A stretch of DNA of 64,000 nt from Octopus vulgaris (lineage: Eukaryota). The notes under the pieces were generated by a model. It was not told the origin of the DNA. It did not search any database and saw nothing but the letters and a program-made list of their open reading frames with translations. Made by a program: the position numbers and the translations under genes. Within the stretch, counting starts at the first letter, position 1, and each line of letters opens with the position of its first letter. Location of the stretch: positions 25,482,001 through 25,546,000 of the forward strand of contig OX597836.1 of the NCBI GenBank assembly GCA_951406725.2, in the 5' to 3' direction. Positions 1 to 12,144 of the stretch are shown one piece after another.

Positions 1-394
1 CTCCAGCATGGCCACAGTCAAAGGACTGAAACAAGTAAAAGAGTAAAGAGTATATAAATAACTGGGTGACCCTATCTTTTGTTTTGAACCTTAAAACTGC
101 TTGTTGAATTGAATTAAAAGATAAATTAAATTAACTCTATCTTAATTGTAGGGATGAGATGCTTCACAGTCCAATGCCCCACTACAACGTTCTCTGACTT
201 CCATCATTGCTATAAATCCTAGGTACACCACACACGACATTGCGTTATCTTCTCCTATAATACTATCCATATGCACTAACAAATTCATTTTGCGACCAGC
301 AAGGGTCATAGAATCATGAAGGTGCACATGCTATTAGCTTTTGAATGTTGGGGTTTGTGTACTCACCTGATGCAAACGGCTTTTTCTATTGATG

Positions 395-715
395 TAATGT
401 CGAGCTTACGATCGTGAGGTTGTGAGCTCGAATCCCGGACTGGGCTGCGTGTTGTGTTCTTGAGCAAAGTACTTTATTTCACGTTGCTCCAGTTCACTCA
501 GCTGTAGAAATGAGTTGCGACGTCACAGGTGCCAAGCTGTATCAACCTTTGTCTTTCCCTTGGATAACACTGGTGGCATGGAGAGGGGAGGCTGGTATGC
601 ATGGGCGACTGCTGGTCTTCCATAAACAACCTTGCCCGGACTTGTGTCTAGGAGGGTAACTTTCTAGGTGCAATCCCATGGTCATTCATGACCGAAGGGG
701 GTCTTTACCCCTTAA
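395..715 (+). mobile_element. tRNA-derived SINE (additional family; related copy at about 36790-37045)
   Basis: B-box-like gagctcgaatccc followed by gtgttcttgagcaa..cactttatttcacgttgctccag. Confidence 0.65.
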
Positions 716-812
716 TGTCTCCATTAATCAATTAAAAACTTGTTGGAAACAGCTGTAGTGAAATGACACAATATCCATCTGTTGTTATTTATTCGTTTAT
801 AATTCACCTCTC

Positions 813-1240
813 TTGGAACCTGCTCCTCGTGTAATCTACCTCAGAGAGCCTCCTGGGTATTTGAGAGAGTTTAAGTCCCTTGTGCGCTTAGTACTTACTG
901 TTCCTGTGCATCTGCCACACACGAAAGCAACCTTGTCTGATAATCTTCCCATGATTCCACTGCATCTCTTATGCATCCATAGCTTACACTTGGTGCAACG
1001 AAAGGAATTACATCCCACTCCTTTCTTACATATTGAAGAGGACCATTTGCCAGCCAGAATGAGAGTCTTATCTCCTTTCTCACTAACAACAACTTTAATC
1101 TTAGCTAAATTAACTTTAATACCCTTCGATTTCAGGTTTTGCTTCCAAATCTGGAACTTCTCCAATTCTGCTTCAGATCTACAATAAGAGCAAGATCATC
1201 AGCATATTGTAGTTCCCATGGGCATCCAGTTTTGTATTCA
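813..1240 (-). mobile_element. RTE-clade LINE remnant (RT C-terminus with Cys-rich insertion)
   Basis: CPWELQYADDLAL...WKQNLKSKGIKVNLAK.KV, then C..C..C..W.HKRCSGI.G.L....F.C.RC. Confidence 0.8.
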
Positions 1241-3402
1241 TCTATTTGACCTGTTATATATTTGTGTGGTCTCATGTTTGTGTTTGTTCATTAGTTAAGC
1301 TTTTCGTGTCTATTACTTATTGTATTTGTTATTTTTGAGGTGTGGTGCTAGTATTTCTTGCAATTATAAGTGGAGGAGGTTTTTTTAATTTCCTTATAGT
1401 TTCTTCCAAAGTTGGTAGTGGGCATTTCTTTATTTTTTTGTTTCTTTTATTTTTTATTTATTCCTTTACTTTTGTTTCTTTCCCCACCTTTTCTAATGGG
1501 GGGGAAAGGCTTTTTTTAACTGAATGATTTTTCTTTAAAACAATATTTTGAAAAAGTAATTAAAGCCATGTGTATTAGCTATATTTCTAATGAATGGGAC
1601 TTTTTATGGGGGTGTTTTGTGAAAAAATCTCTTCTTTGTAGGAATTTGTTATGGAAAAATAACTGTGTGTGTGTGTGTGTGGTAGTTTGTATGTTTTTAG
1701 AATTTTGATTACTGACATCTCTTCCACCCTTTAACATTAAAACCGGGCAAATCCAGCCCACACATATTCAACCTGTTTTATGTTCAAACTGGCCAGATCT
1801 CGCCTCTTGCACTCATCCTGCAATATCATTCAAAAATTAAGAAAATCTCATCTTCAAAATCTCAAAACTACGAGATAATACAGGATTAATTTTATAAAAT
1901 GTGAAAATATAAGCATGACTCTTGACAAAGTAGTCTGAATGATAAAGGGTTGAGGAAATGTGTGTTTATGCATGTCCAGAAAATTTGCTGTGAATATTTT
2001 TGCCATGGGAAAATTTTTGTTGGAAATTTCGCCATAAATGAGTCACACAAACATACTGTAAACTAGAAAACTCATTTTAAAGAAATTACTTTGGTACGTT
2101 AACTGATGAAGTTTCCATTTTGAGAGAAAACATTTCCTTTTCTTGTTTTTACAATTAATTTTCTCTTTTTACAAATTTTCCTACAAATTATCCACAATTA
2201 ATTAATAACTGAGACGCATATAATACATCATAATTAAATGATTTATGAATCCGTGTTCCCCAGGTTTGTATGTATTTCATCCATTCTGTAATCTTTCTGC
2301 CTCTAGACACCCATGAAAGGGTACTTAGACAATAATGCATAAATTCTCTTTAGTTTTCTCTTTCTATCATATATATATATAAACACACACACACACATAT
2401 GATTAAATATTAAGTTTTAAATATCAGTTATATTTTTACTGAAAACACTCTAAACAAATCATTGCTATTATGCAAGAGGGTTGTAAGTCCAAAACGTTGC
2501 TTTTTTAGAAAAAAAAAAAAAAAACCCAGTTTCACCATTCCGTTTCTTTTTACTTTAGCAACAGTTTCAGATAAATGATAATACTTTGCTGGGTGCAAAG
2601 AATCGTAACTCCATGCATGTATGATGTTTTCAGTCAGAAATATTTTTGTAAAATTGTCGTATGTGGGACTTATGCACTTTTGAAAAATGCTAAATTGTTA
2701 TGCAATTTCCATATCTTGGCATCTGAAGCAGCTGGAGATACAATAGTTTAACCAAAAGATCCACCTATTACAAGCAAAATTAAATATTAAAAAAAAAAAA
2801 AATGAGTTTGGCCAAATTTGGACATACAACAGTTTAACATGATAGCAATGAAATGTAAGTTATCTATAAATATCGTTTATCCTTTACCTATTTCACTCTT
2901 CAGACTGTGGCCATGCTGGGGCACCATTTTGAAGAATGAATCGATTCCAGGACATATTTTGGTTCTCAGTTTGGTACTTACTCTAAAAGTTGCTTTTTGC
3001 TGAACTGCTAAGTTATGGGGTTGTAAACAAACCAACACTGGTTTGTCAAGTACTGCTGGGGGGGACAAACACAGACACAGAGACATATGCACGCAAACAC
3101 ACACGACAGGCTTTTTTCAGTTTCCATCTACCAAATCCACTCACAAGGCTTTGGTCAGTCCGATGCTTTAGTAGAAGACACCTGCTCAAGGTGCCATGCA
3201 GTGAGATTGAACCCAGACCCATGTGGTTGGAAAGGAAACTTTGTACCACACAGCCATGCCAGCACATACATGTATAAATGTGTGTGTGTATGTATATATA
3301 TATGTATATGTGTAATATATATATATATATGTATGTACACATATATGTATATGTGTACATATATATATATACATATATATACATATACATATATATATAT
3401 GG

Positions 3403-3433
<31 letters not shown>

Positions 3434-3595
3434 TGTATGTATGTAGCAATGTGGTAAGAAGCTTACTTCTCAATCACATGGTTTCAGGGTCAGTCTTACT
3501 ATGTTGCGTTTTGGGCAAGTGTCTTCTACCGTAGCCTTGTGCCAACCAAAGACTTGTGAGTAGATTTGGCAGATGGAAACTGAAAGAAGACCATC

Positions 3596-3679
<84 letters not shown>

Positions 3680-3979
3680 CTGTGTGTGTGTGTGTGTGTG
3701 TCTGTGTGTATCATTCACCATTGCTTGACCACAAGTGGTGGCATGTTTATGACCATGTAGCTTGGCAGTTCAGCAAAAGCAACTGATAGAATAAGCACTA
3801 GGCTTCGTAAAAGCAACAAGTCCTGGGATCCATTTGTTCAACTAAGAACCCTTCAAGGTGATGCTTCAGCATGGCCACAATCAAATGACTGAAAAAAATA
3901 AAAGATAAAAGATTTATTATATATTTTTGCTACATTGTTTACATATATTGTTTACGTGTTTTTTTTTCATTATTTCTAG

Positions 3980-4214
3980 TGGAAATTTATTAGTGGCGAT
4001 GAATACTTTGGTAGACGCAGAGAATGATATGACAAAGTCTGGTTCACTTCATTATATCTTGGTGGATATCCAGATATGGCTGGCACATTGTTACCTGATT
4101 AATGGGCAAACAGACTTAGCCACAAAGAAATTTGAGGAGAGCTACAAGAGCTTGGAACAATTAAAGCATCCCTGCGACAATTCCTGTAAAACCATCGCCA
4201 GGAACCATCTGACG
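3980..4214 (+). CDS. Internal exon of an unidentified gene, helical/TPR-like: [78 protein letters not shown]
   Basis: Polypyrimidine acceptor tttttttcattatttctag, donor gtcagt, open frame of non-repetitive sequence; LAHCYL..GQ.D.A...FEES has TPR spacing. Confidence 0.65.
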
Positions 4215-4306
4215 GTCAGTGTTTGTAATAAATTGCAATTTTTTGTTTAGACCTTTTGTTTCTCTATCTATTTGTCTGTCCATCAGCATGTAAGCATGTG
4301 TATGGC

Positions 4307-4352
<46 letters not shown>

Positions 4353-4381
4353 ATGTGTGAGTGTATGTGTATGCAAATATG

Positions 4382-4548
<167 letters not shown>

Positions 4549-5184
4549 TTATATATATATATATAAATAAATGGAGTTAAACGCAGGTGTTATTCAAGTT
4601 CTTTTACTTCCGACACATGTTTCGAAGATATCACTGATATTATTCCAAAAGAATAAAATGGTGTAAAACAATGTAATCTTCTCTTCGGGAAAGTGAAGAA
4701 ATGAAACTCATCAATAAGATATTTTAACAGAAATATTAATATTAATATTGTTTCAAAAAAACGTTATAGGATATAATGTCAGAGGTAGCCTATAGAAAGA
4801 GGAGGGATAAAGTAAAGAAAAACTAAATAAACGAGAAGTATATGACTATATGTATATTAAATAAGACCTTATAAACTAGGAAATATATATATCTAGTGAA
4901 TATGAAATGTAAAAAGACATATGTGCATATATGTATATGTGTGTATGTATGCATATATAAATATATGTATATACATATGTATATATGGATATGTGTGTAT
5001 ATATGCATATATAAATATATGTATATACATATGTATATATGTGTATATATGTATATATATATATTTATGTGTGTGTATATATATATATATATATGTTTAT
5101 ATATATATATATATATATATAAACATATATATAAATATAAATATATATACATATATATATATATAAATATATAAACATATATCA

Positions 5185-5430
5185 TCATCATCATCATCAT
5201 CATCATCATCGTTTAACGTCCGTTTTCCGCGCTAGCACGGGTTGGACGGTTTCGACCGGGGTCTGGAGAGCTCGGGACTGCCCCAGGCTCCAGTCTAGTC
5301 TGGCAGTGTTTCTACAGCTGGATGCCCTTCCTAACGCCAACCACTCCGTGAGTGTAGTGGGTGTTTTTTACGTGCCACCTGCACAGGTGCCAGAGGGGTC
5401 TGGCATCGGCCACGTTCGGATGGTGCTTTT
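5185..5430 (-). mobile_element. RTE-tail SINE or LINE 3' end next to (CAT)n; partial copy at 7403-7520
   Basis: catcatcgtttaacgtccg...ggatgcccttcctaacgccaaccac, seen twice in the window. Confidence 0.6.
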
Positions 5431-5761
5431 TTATGGGGGGGGGGGGGGTGCAGAAATATAGGGGAGCACCAGTGGGAGGGGTGGTTCAGAGGACAGGTTC
5501 TAGGCAAGTAGAACGTAGGATATCGAGAGAGGGGTTATGCATGGTGAAATAGCGTATTGAAGAGGGGGTTCAAAGAGTAGACACCTATAATGGTGGTGGT
5601 GGGGGTGCAGAAATATAGGGGAGCACCAGCGGGAGGGGTGGTTCAGAGGACAGGTTCTAGGCAAGTAGAACGTAGGATATCGAGAGAGGGGTAATGCATG
5701 GTGAAATAGGGTATTCATATATATATACATATATAAATATATATATATACATATATATATA

Positions 5762-5801
<40 letters not shown>

Positions 5802-5883
5802 TATATATATATGTATATATATATATTTATATATGTATATATATATATGAATATATTTATATATATATATATGTTTATATATT

Positions 5884-5914
<31 letters not shown>

Positions 5915-6126
5915 TTATATTTATATATATAACTACACGTTCTTTATTTTCTCTCCTTGTTTCTGTCTGTATTCCTTTCTGTTGAAGAGTGTAGGTTCAA
6001 AACGTTAAAGACTTTTTCACTTCCCAAGCGTTTAAAGACTTTTTCACTTCCCAAGCGTTATACTAATACATCTGTTTGTTGTCTACACCATCTGTCTTCG
6101 TCTTTTGTTTTTTTGTGAATTTTTCC

Positions 6127-6172
<46 letters not shown>

Positions 6173-6323
6173 TGACGTATATTTGCCATCTCAATATGGC
6201 TACCCCTAAGGGTGGATGCTACTGTAGTTTTTAGCCCCAGGAGGACACACTCCTCCAGCTGGCCATAGACACACTTTCTGTGTCCTGTCAGTATTTGCAA
6301 AGGGAAGTCATCCTTCCCGTCTT

Positions 6324-6393
6324 CAACTTATGATACACACGGACTCGAGTTTCGAGGTATTGACCTCTCGTCAGCGTGTGACAATCATAGTTG
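6324..6393 (-). ncRNA. Type I hammerhead ribozyme, copy 1
   Basis: Minus strand reads caactatgat-tgt-CACACG CUGACGA GAGG-ucaaua-CCUC GAAA CUCGAG UC^ CGUGUG-u-atcataagttg: complete core, stems I and II paired, palindromic minimal stem III, GUC cleavage triplet. Confidence 0.88.
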
Positions 6394-6675
6394 TCGGCAA
6401 GAATTAGATTTCCTTCACAAATACTTATACTTTTTCCAGCGTCCACTGTCGCTGATATTGAAAAAGTGAAATCAAACAATGATAAATATCAAAGTGAGTT
6501 ATATACAGTAGCGGTAACACATCGTGACGTATATTTGCCATCTCAATATGGCTACCCCTAAGGGTGGATGCTACTGTAGTTTTTAGCCCCAGGAGGACAC
6601 ACTCCTCCAGCTGGCCATAGACACACTTTCTGTGTCCTGTCAGTATTTGCAAAGGGAAGTCATCCTTCCCGTCTT

Positions 6676-6745
6676 CAACTTATGATACACACGGACTTGA
6701 GTTTCGAGGTATTGACCTCTCGTCAGCGTGTGACAATCATAGTTG
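6676..6745 (-). ncRNA. Type I hammerhead ribozyme, copy 2
   Basis: Same as copy 1, offset by exactly 352 bp; stem III region CUCAAG (one substitution). Confidence 0.82.
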
Positions 6746-6876
6746 TCGGCGAGAATTAGATTTCCTTCACAAATACTTATACTTTTTCCAGCGTCCACTG
6801 TCGCTGATATTGAAAAAGTGAAATCAAACAATGATAAATATCAAAGTGAGTTATATATATATATATATGTATATAT

Positions 6877-6940
<64 letters not shown>

Positions 6941-7297
6941 TTATATGTATATATATTATATATATATGTATATATGTATATATATCATGTGATCACGTGA
7001 CCGACCAGACTATCAGATGTTGCTACACATCGCTGGTCACAATGCGTTCGCATTGTTCTAGCCTTCGAATGATGCCACCCCGCTGGCTAAGCAAGCAGGC
7101 CAACAGCAGAAAGAGTGAGAGAAAGAGTGGTGAAAGAGTACAGCAGGGATCACCACCACCACCCTGCCGGAGCCTCGTGGAGCTTTTAGGTGTTTTCGCT
7201 CAATAAACACTCACAACACCCGGTCTGAGAATTGAAACCGCGATCCTACGACCGCGAGTCTGCTGCCCTAACCACTGGGCCATTGCACCTCCACATG

Positions 7298-7373
<76 letters not shown>

Positions 7374-8254
7374 AACAAATATGTATATATGCATATATAT
7401 ATCATCATCATCATCATCATCATCGTTCAACGTCCGTTCTCCATGCTAGCATGGGTTGGACGGTTCGACCGGGGATCTGGGAAGCCAGAAGGCTGCACCA
7501 GACTCCAGTCTCATCTGGCAATGCTTAGAACATATACATCTGAAGAATTATCAGGAGTAGATAATTAAGGTTGTTATCAGCAAAATGAAATAAAGAGAAG
7601 ATCTTCAGGCCCAGATGAGTAAAAGAAAGAGATCATTTTTTGATGTATAAACAATTCGAGTCCCTTGTATAAGCCTCATCAGAGCCAGTGGTTTGAAGGG
7701 AGATGAAATTCCGTGCGAAAGGATGGCTGGGTAGTAAAATCTGAATCCAAATACCTTTATATTATGAGCATGATTGTTAGCCATTGAACTACATATCAAT
7801 TAGAATTAAAAACAACAAAATAATTTAGTAGAATCTACATCAATCAAAATATATTTCTGTATATCTCAAATAATATTAAACCAAACTCATTTATGTTGAA
7901 GACAATATTTCTCTACTATAATAATATACAACAATAATATATATGAATGTAATTAAGTATCAGGGTCTTACTTAATCTTATTATTATATACCTATCTATA
8001 ATGACCATGGGATTGCACCTAGACAGTTCCCCCTGAGACGTGTATGTATGTCCACGTGTGTCTTCCTGCTCCGTTTAATCCATGGCATTGTGGTCATGTA
8101 TGTATGTATGTATGTATGTATGTATGTATGTATGTATGTATGTATGTATGTATGAGTGTATGTATGTATGTATGTATGTATGTATGCATGCATGAATGTA
8201 TGTATGAGTGTATGCATGTATGTATATGTGTATGTATATGTATGCATGCACAAG

Positions 8255-8550
8255 CACTGGTTACATTGGACTGGGCCTCCTATTAGAATGAAGGAGAGCA
8301 GGATCCCTAAGCAGATGCTATATGGGGAACTTGCGAATGGAAAGAGACCCGGCAGAAACCAAGGCTGCGATTTAAGGACGGTTTCAAGTCCTCATGAAGG
8401 GCGTGTGATATGCAGGAGACTGACTGGGAGAGCAATGCCCGTCATCACCACAGCTGGAGGGAGCAGGTTAAGGAGGGGGTCAGCACTTTTGAGAGAGCAT
8501 GTATTCTGCATGAAGAACTTAAGCATGCTGCTGGAAAGCACACTGCCGGT
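8255..8550 (+). mobile_element. RTE/BovB-like LINE 3' fragment
   Basis: LHWTG..RMKESRIPKQMLYGELANGKR..G..LRFKD pattern, frameshifted. Confidence 0.7.
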
Positions 8551-8761
8551 GTAATGAATGAGGAAAACTTGTTTGCTAATTCCCCCAGGACACCTGATGA
8601 AGGCTGGAGAGTACATCATCCAAAACGTTGTGTTAACAACAAACAAGATGAGGACAAATATCTGTCAAATGTAAATAATGTAAATAATGTACATAATTCT
8701 TCATCTCCCAAATATATATACAACTGTAAATACTACATGTTCTATTGTATTATACTTGCAG

Positions 8762-8941
8762 AATCCGAGCAATTGCTTAGACGTGGCCGACTGCGACATC
8801 TGTTTAAATTTAAAAGAGCACAACAGACAAGTAAAGTTACTGGAAGAGGAGGAGCATCTTGGAAATGGAATGAGGTGTCTAAGTGCATCAGAGTCAAGTA
8901 ATGAGTGCCGTTTCCCTCAGTGTGAGTCTGGCCGTCATTAA
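8762..8941 (+). CDS. Candidate next/terminal exon of the plus-strand gene: NPSNCLDVADCDICLNLKEHNRQVKLLEEEEHLGNGMRCLSASESSNECRFPQCESGRH*
   Basis: tacttgcag acceptor in phase 0, compatible with the donor at 4215; open to TAA; an alternative donor gtgagt lies at 8922. Confidence 0.45.
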   Translation, partial: NPSNCLDVADCDICLNLKEHNRQVKLLEEEEHLGNGMRCLSASESSNECRFPQCESGRH

Positions 8942-9945
8942 AAATCAAGTGAGGAATAATTATTGGTTAAATTGGGGACATATATATATATATTTCTTTA
9001 CTGCCCAGAAGAGGCTAAACAGGGAGGGGACAAACAAGGACAGATGAAGGGATTGAGTCGATTATGCCCCCACCCCACCCCAGTGCGAAACTGGTACTCT
9101 ATTTATCGACCCCGAAAGGATTAAAGGCAAAGTTGACCTCGGCAGAATTTGAACTCAGAACGTAACGACAGACGAAATACTGCTAAGCATTTCGCCCGGC
9201 GCGCTAACGTGTCTGCCAGCTCACCGCCTTATACCAGCTCACCGCCTTCGACATATATATATGCCTTGCTCATTATCTCTGAGTTTTTCAAGTTTCATCC
9301 ATGAGCCAACACTCTCTCTCACCTTACCCCACACTTCCACTCTGATATTACCCATCAAGCTGCACTGCCACACCTATTCATCACCTGCCACATTCACCTC
9401 GATCTCAATCTCTGAGCATCACTTGCTCTCCACTCACACTCTCATAATACCTCCCCTGCTCCGAACCCACTCTCTCTCTGTCATCACTTGCTTCTTGAGA
9501 GTTTCACTCTGGCATCCTGTCACTGCCATTTTATCTTCATCCTTGATACTCCTGTCCACCCTGATATAATGCTATTTTCTGTATAGCACAAAGAGTCATT
9601 TGAGTGTGGTCATGCTGGAGCTCTGCCTTTAGTCGAACAAATCAACCCCAGGACTTATTCTAGCGATCTATTTTGCTGAACCGCTAAGTTACAGGGACAT
9701 AAAGACACCAACATTGTTTGTCAAGCGATGGTGGGGGCAGACAAACACAGACACACAAACATTATATATGTATACGATGGTCTTCTTTCAGTTTCCGTCT
9801 ACCAAATCCACTCACAAGGCTTTGGCCTTAGTAGAAGGCTATAGTAGAAGGCACTTGCCCAAGGTGCCATGCAGTGAGACTTAACCCGGGACCACGTAGT
9901 TGGTAAGCGAGCTACTTACCACACTGCCACTCATGCACCTGTAAC

Positions 9946-9989
<44 letters not shown>

Positions 9990-10046
9990 ATTGATTGATT
10001 GATTCCAGTTCCAGCCTATGAGCTGTGGCCATGCTGGGGCACTGCC

Positions 10047-10101
<55 letters not shown>

Positions 10102-10691
10102 TAGAAAAAAATCACCTTTTATCAATTCAATAATGAAAAATGTAATTATGCCATCTAGAAAATTACATATTATAAAAAGGTTAAATATAAGATAAAACAT
10201 ATAAAGCACTATTATTTACACTATCATCCCTCATTATTTGTCAAATATATGTGTGTGTGTGTGTGTGTGTGTGTATGAGTGAGTGTGTGTATGTGTGTGT
10301 GTGTGTGTTTTTTACAGAAATGATGAGAGATAAGAGTGTAGTGGGTTAAGTGATATCTAACTTCCTCCCCTGAAAAGCCAAATTTTATCCTTTCCCTAGA
10401 TAAAAAGATTCATAATCTGTATTCATGAAGTTCTCGAAATCCAATATTTTGGTGCCCTTCTACCTCAAAACTTTCACCCCCAACGCTTACATTTTCTTTA
10501 GGGTCCCACGAACAAACTATCCCCCTTCACCGAAGCTTTAAGTCTTTCAGTAGATTCTTCACAGAAATGCATGTGAAAGAGTTCAATGGAAGATAAGAAA
10601 ATATGGGTCATTAAAATTTATTGACATTAACATGCTGCCTAGTTTTCTTTTTACCATATATATCCACTCAAAAGCATGTATGTATGTATAT

Positions 10692-10814
<123 letters not shown>

Positions 10815-10826
10815 TATAGTGTGTGT

Positions 10827-10887
<61 letters not shown>

Positions 10888-10943
10888 CACATACATATAT
10901 ATATATATATATATACACATACATATATATATATATATATATG

Positions 10944-11121
<178 letters not shown>

Positions 11122-11180
11122 ATTCTTGATGTGAAATCGTGTGTTGCAACAGATATTGTTGTACCTGGGGATGAACATAT

Positions 11181-11576
11181 TTTGCCAGATAAGCACACAC
11201 ACTATATGTTCGGACTTCACTTCAGCTTGCTTGCCAAAGCTCTTTCATCACGTGTCCTGTGACCTCTTCAACAACTCTCCATCCCATGTGTCTCCTTTTT
11301 GTTCTGCTTATTCCATTTTGCCTTTCTGCGCTATGTGTCTTTATCTGCGCATGCATTTGCGTCTGTATCTGTGTGCATGCATAAACGCATGCGCAGATAC
11401 AAATACATACCACAGAAAAACAAACTGGAGCAAGCAGAACAAAAGGAGACATGGGATAGAGAGTTGTTGAAGAGGTCACAGGGTGTGAGACGAAAGCGCT
11501 TTGAAACAAAGAAACAAAAATAATGATAAAGCTGAAGTGAAGACCAAATATACAATGTGTGTGTTTAATTGCTAAA
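11181..11576. mobile_element. ~400-bp foldback element / MITE
   Basis: cctgtgacctcttcaacaactctccatcccatg...ttctgctt mirrored by aagcagaa...catgggatagagagttgttgaagaggtcacagg; outer arms cttcacttcagctt/aagctgaagtgaag. Confidence 0.8.
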
Positions 11577-12144
11577 CTATGACCATCCGAAAGAATAACA
11601 ATATATATGTGTGCGTGTGTGTATGTGTGTATATATTTCTGTATGAATGCTTATTTATTTGTATATATTTATCTGTATATTTATTTGTTAACTTATTTTG
11701 TACCCTACTGTTTTTTTGTATTTATATGTTTTACTACTCAATGTGGTGTCGTAACAGGCAATGACAATGCAGTCATCCATTACATCTGACTATTTGTTGA
11801 TCTCCCACTGATGAAAGAGATTCTAAACATAACTTCACTTTCCATTTCATAGTTTTCCACTTTTTGAGCCTTTTAAACAAAATATGAGCATGTCTTAGTC
11901 GCTAGGGTGTTGCACCCATGGCAGTAAGATCATAGTTTCACACATTGACTTGTGTTGGTTGAACTGAGTAGAATGTTGGAGAAGGACACTTAGCTGTTTC
12001 TTGTAAGACCAATACAAACATCTAAATTAATATTTTTGTTAGGGACTCTTAGAATATTATTGTGGACCTCCAATTTACTGTTTTGTTATTTGGAACCCCT
12101 AAAAATCTTACATGACTCCTCAGGGACCATATGTGTCCTGGTTG

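Larger units (their letters stand above)
6171..6855 (-). mobile_element. Tandem dimer of a ~352-bp hammerhead-containing repeat (non-LTR retrozyme-like / Penelope-derived)
   Basis: Two nearly identical units (about 6171-6505 and 6523-6855), each with a hammerhead, embedded between (TA)n tracts; no credible ORF. Confidence 0.75.

Noticed and set aside
142-327. Possible exon near the window start (ORF 142..327 minus, or a plus-strand segment ending at a donor near 223)
   Set aside because: No recognisable domain; frames from the best acceptor hit stops; insufficient support
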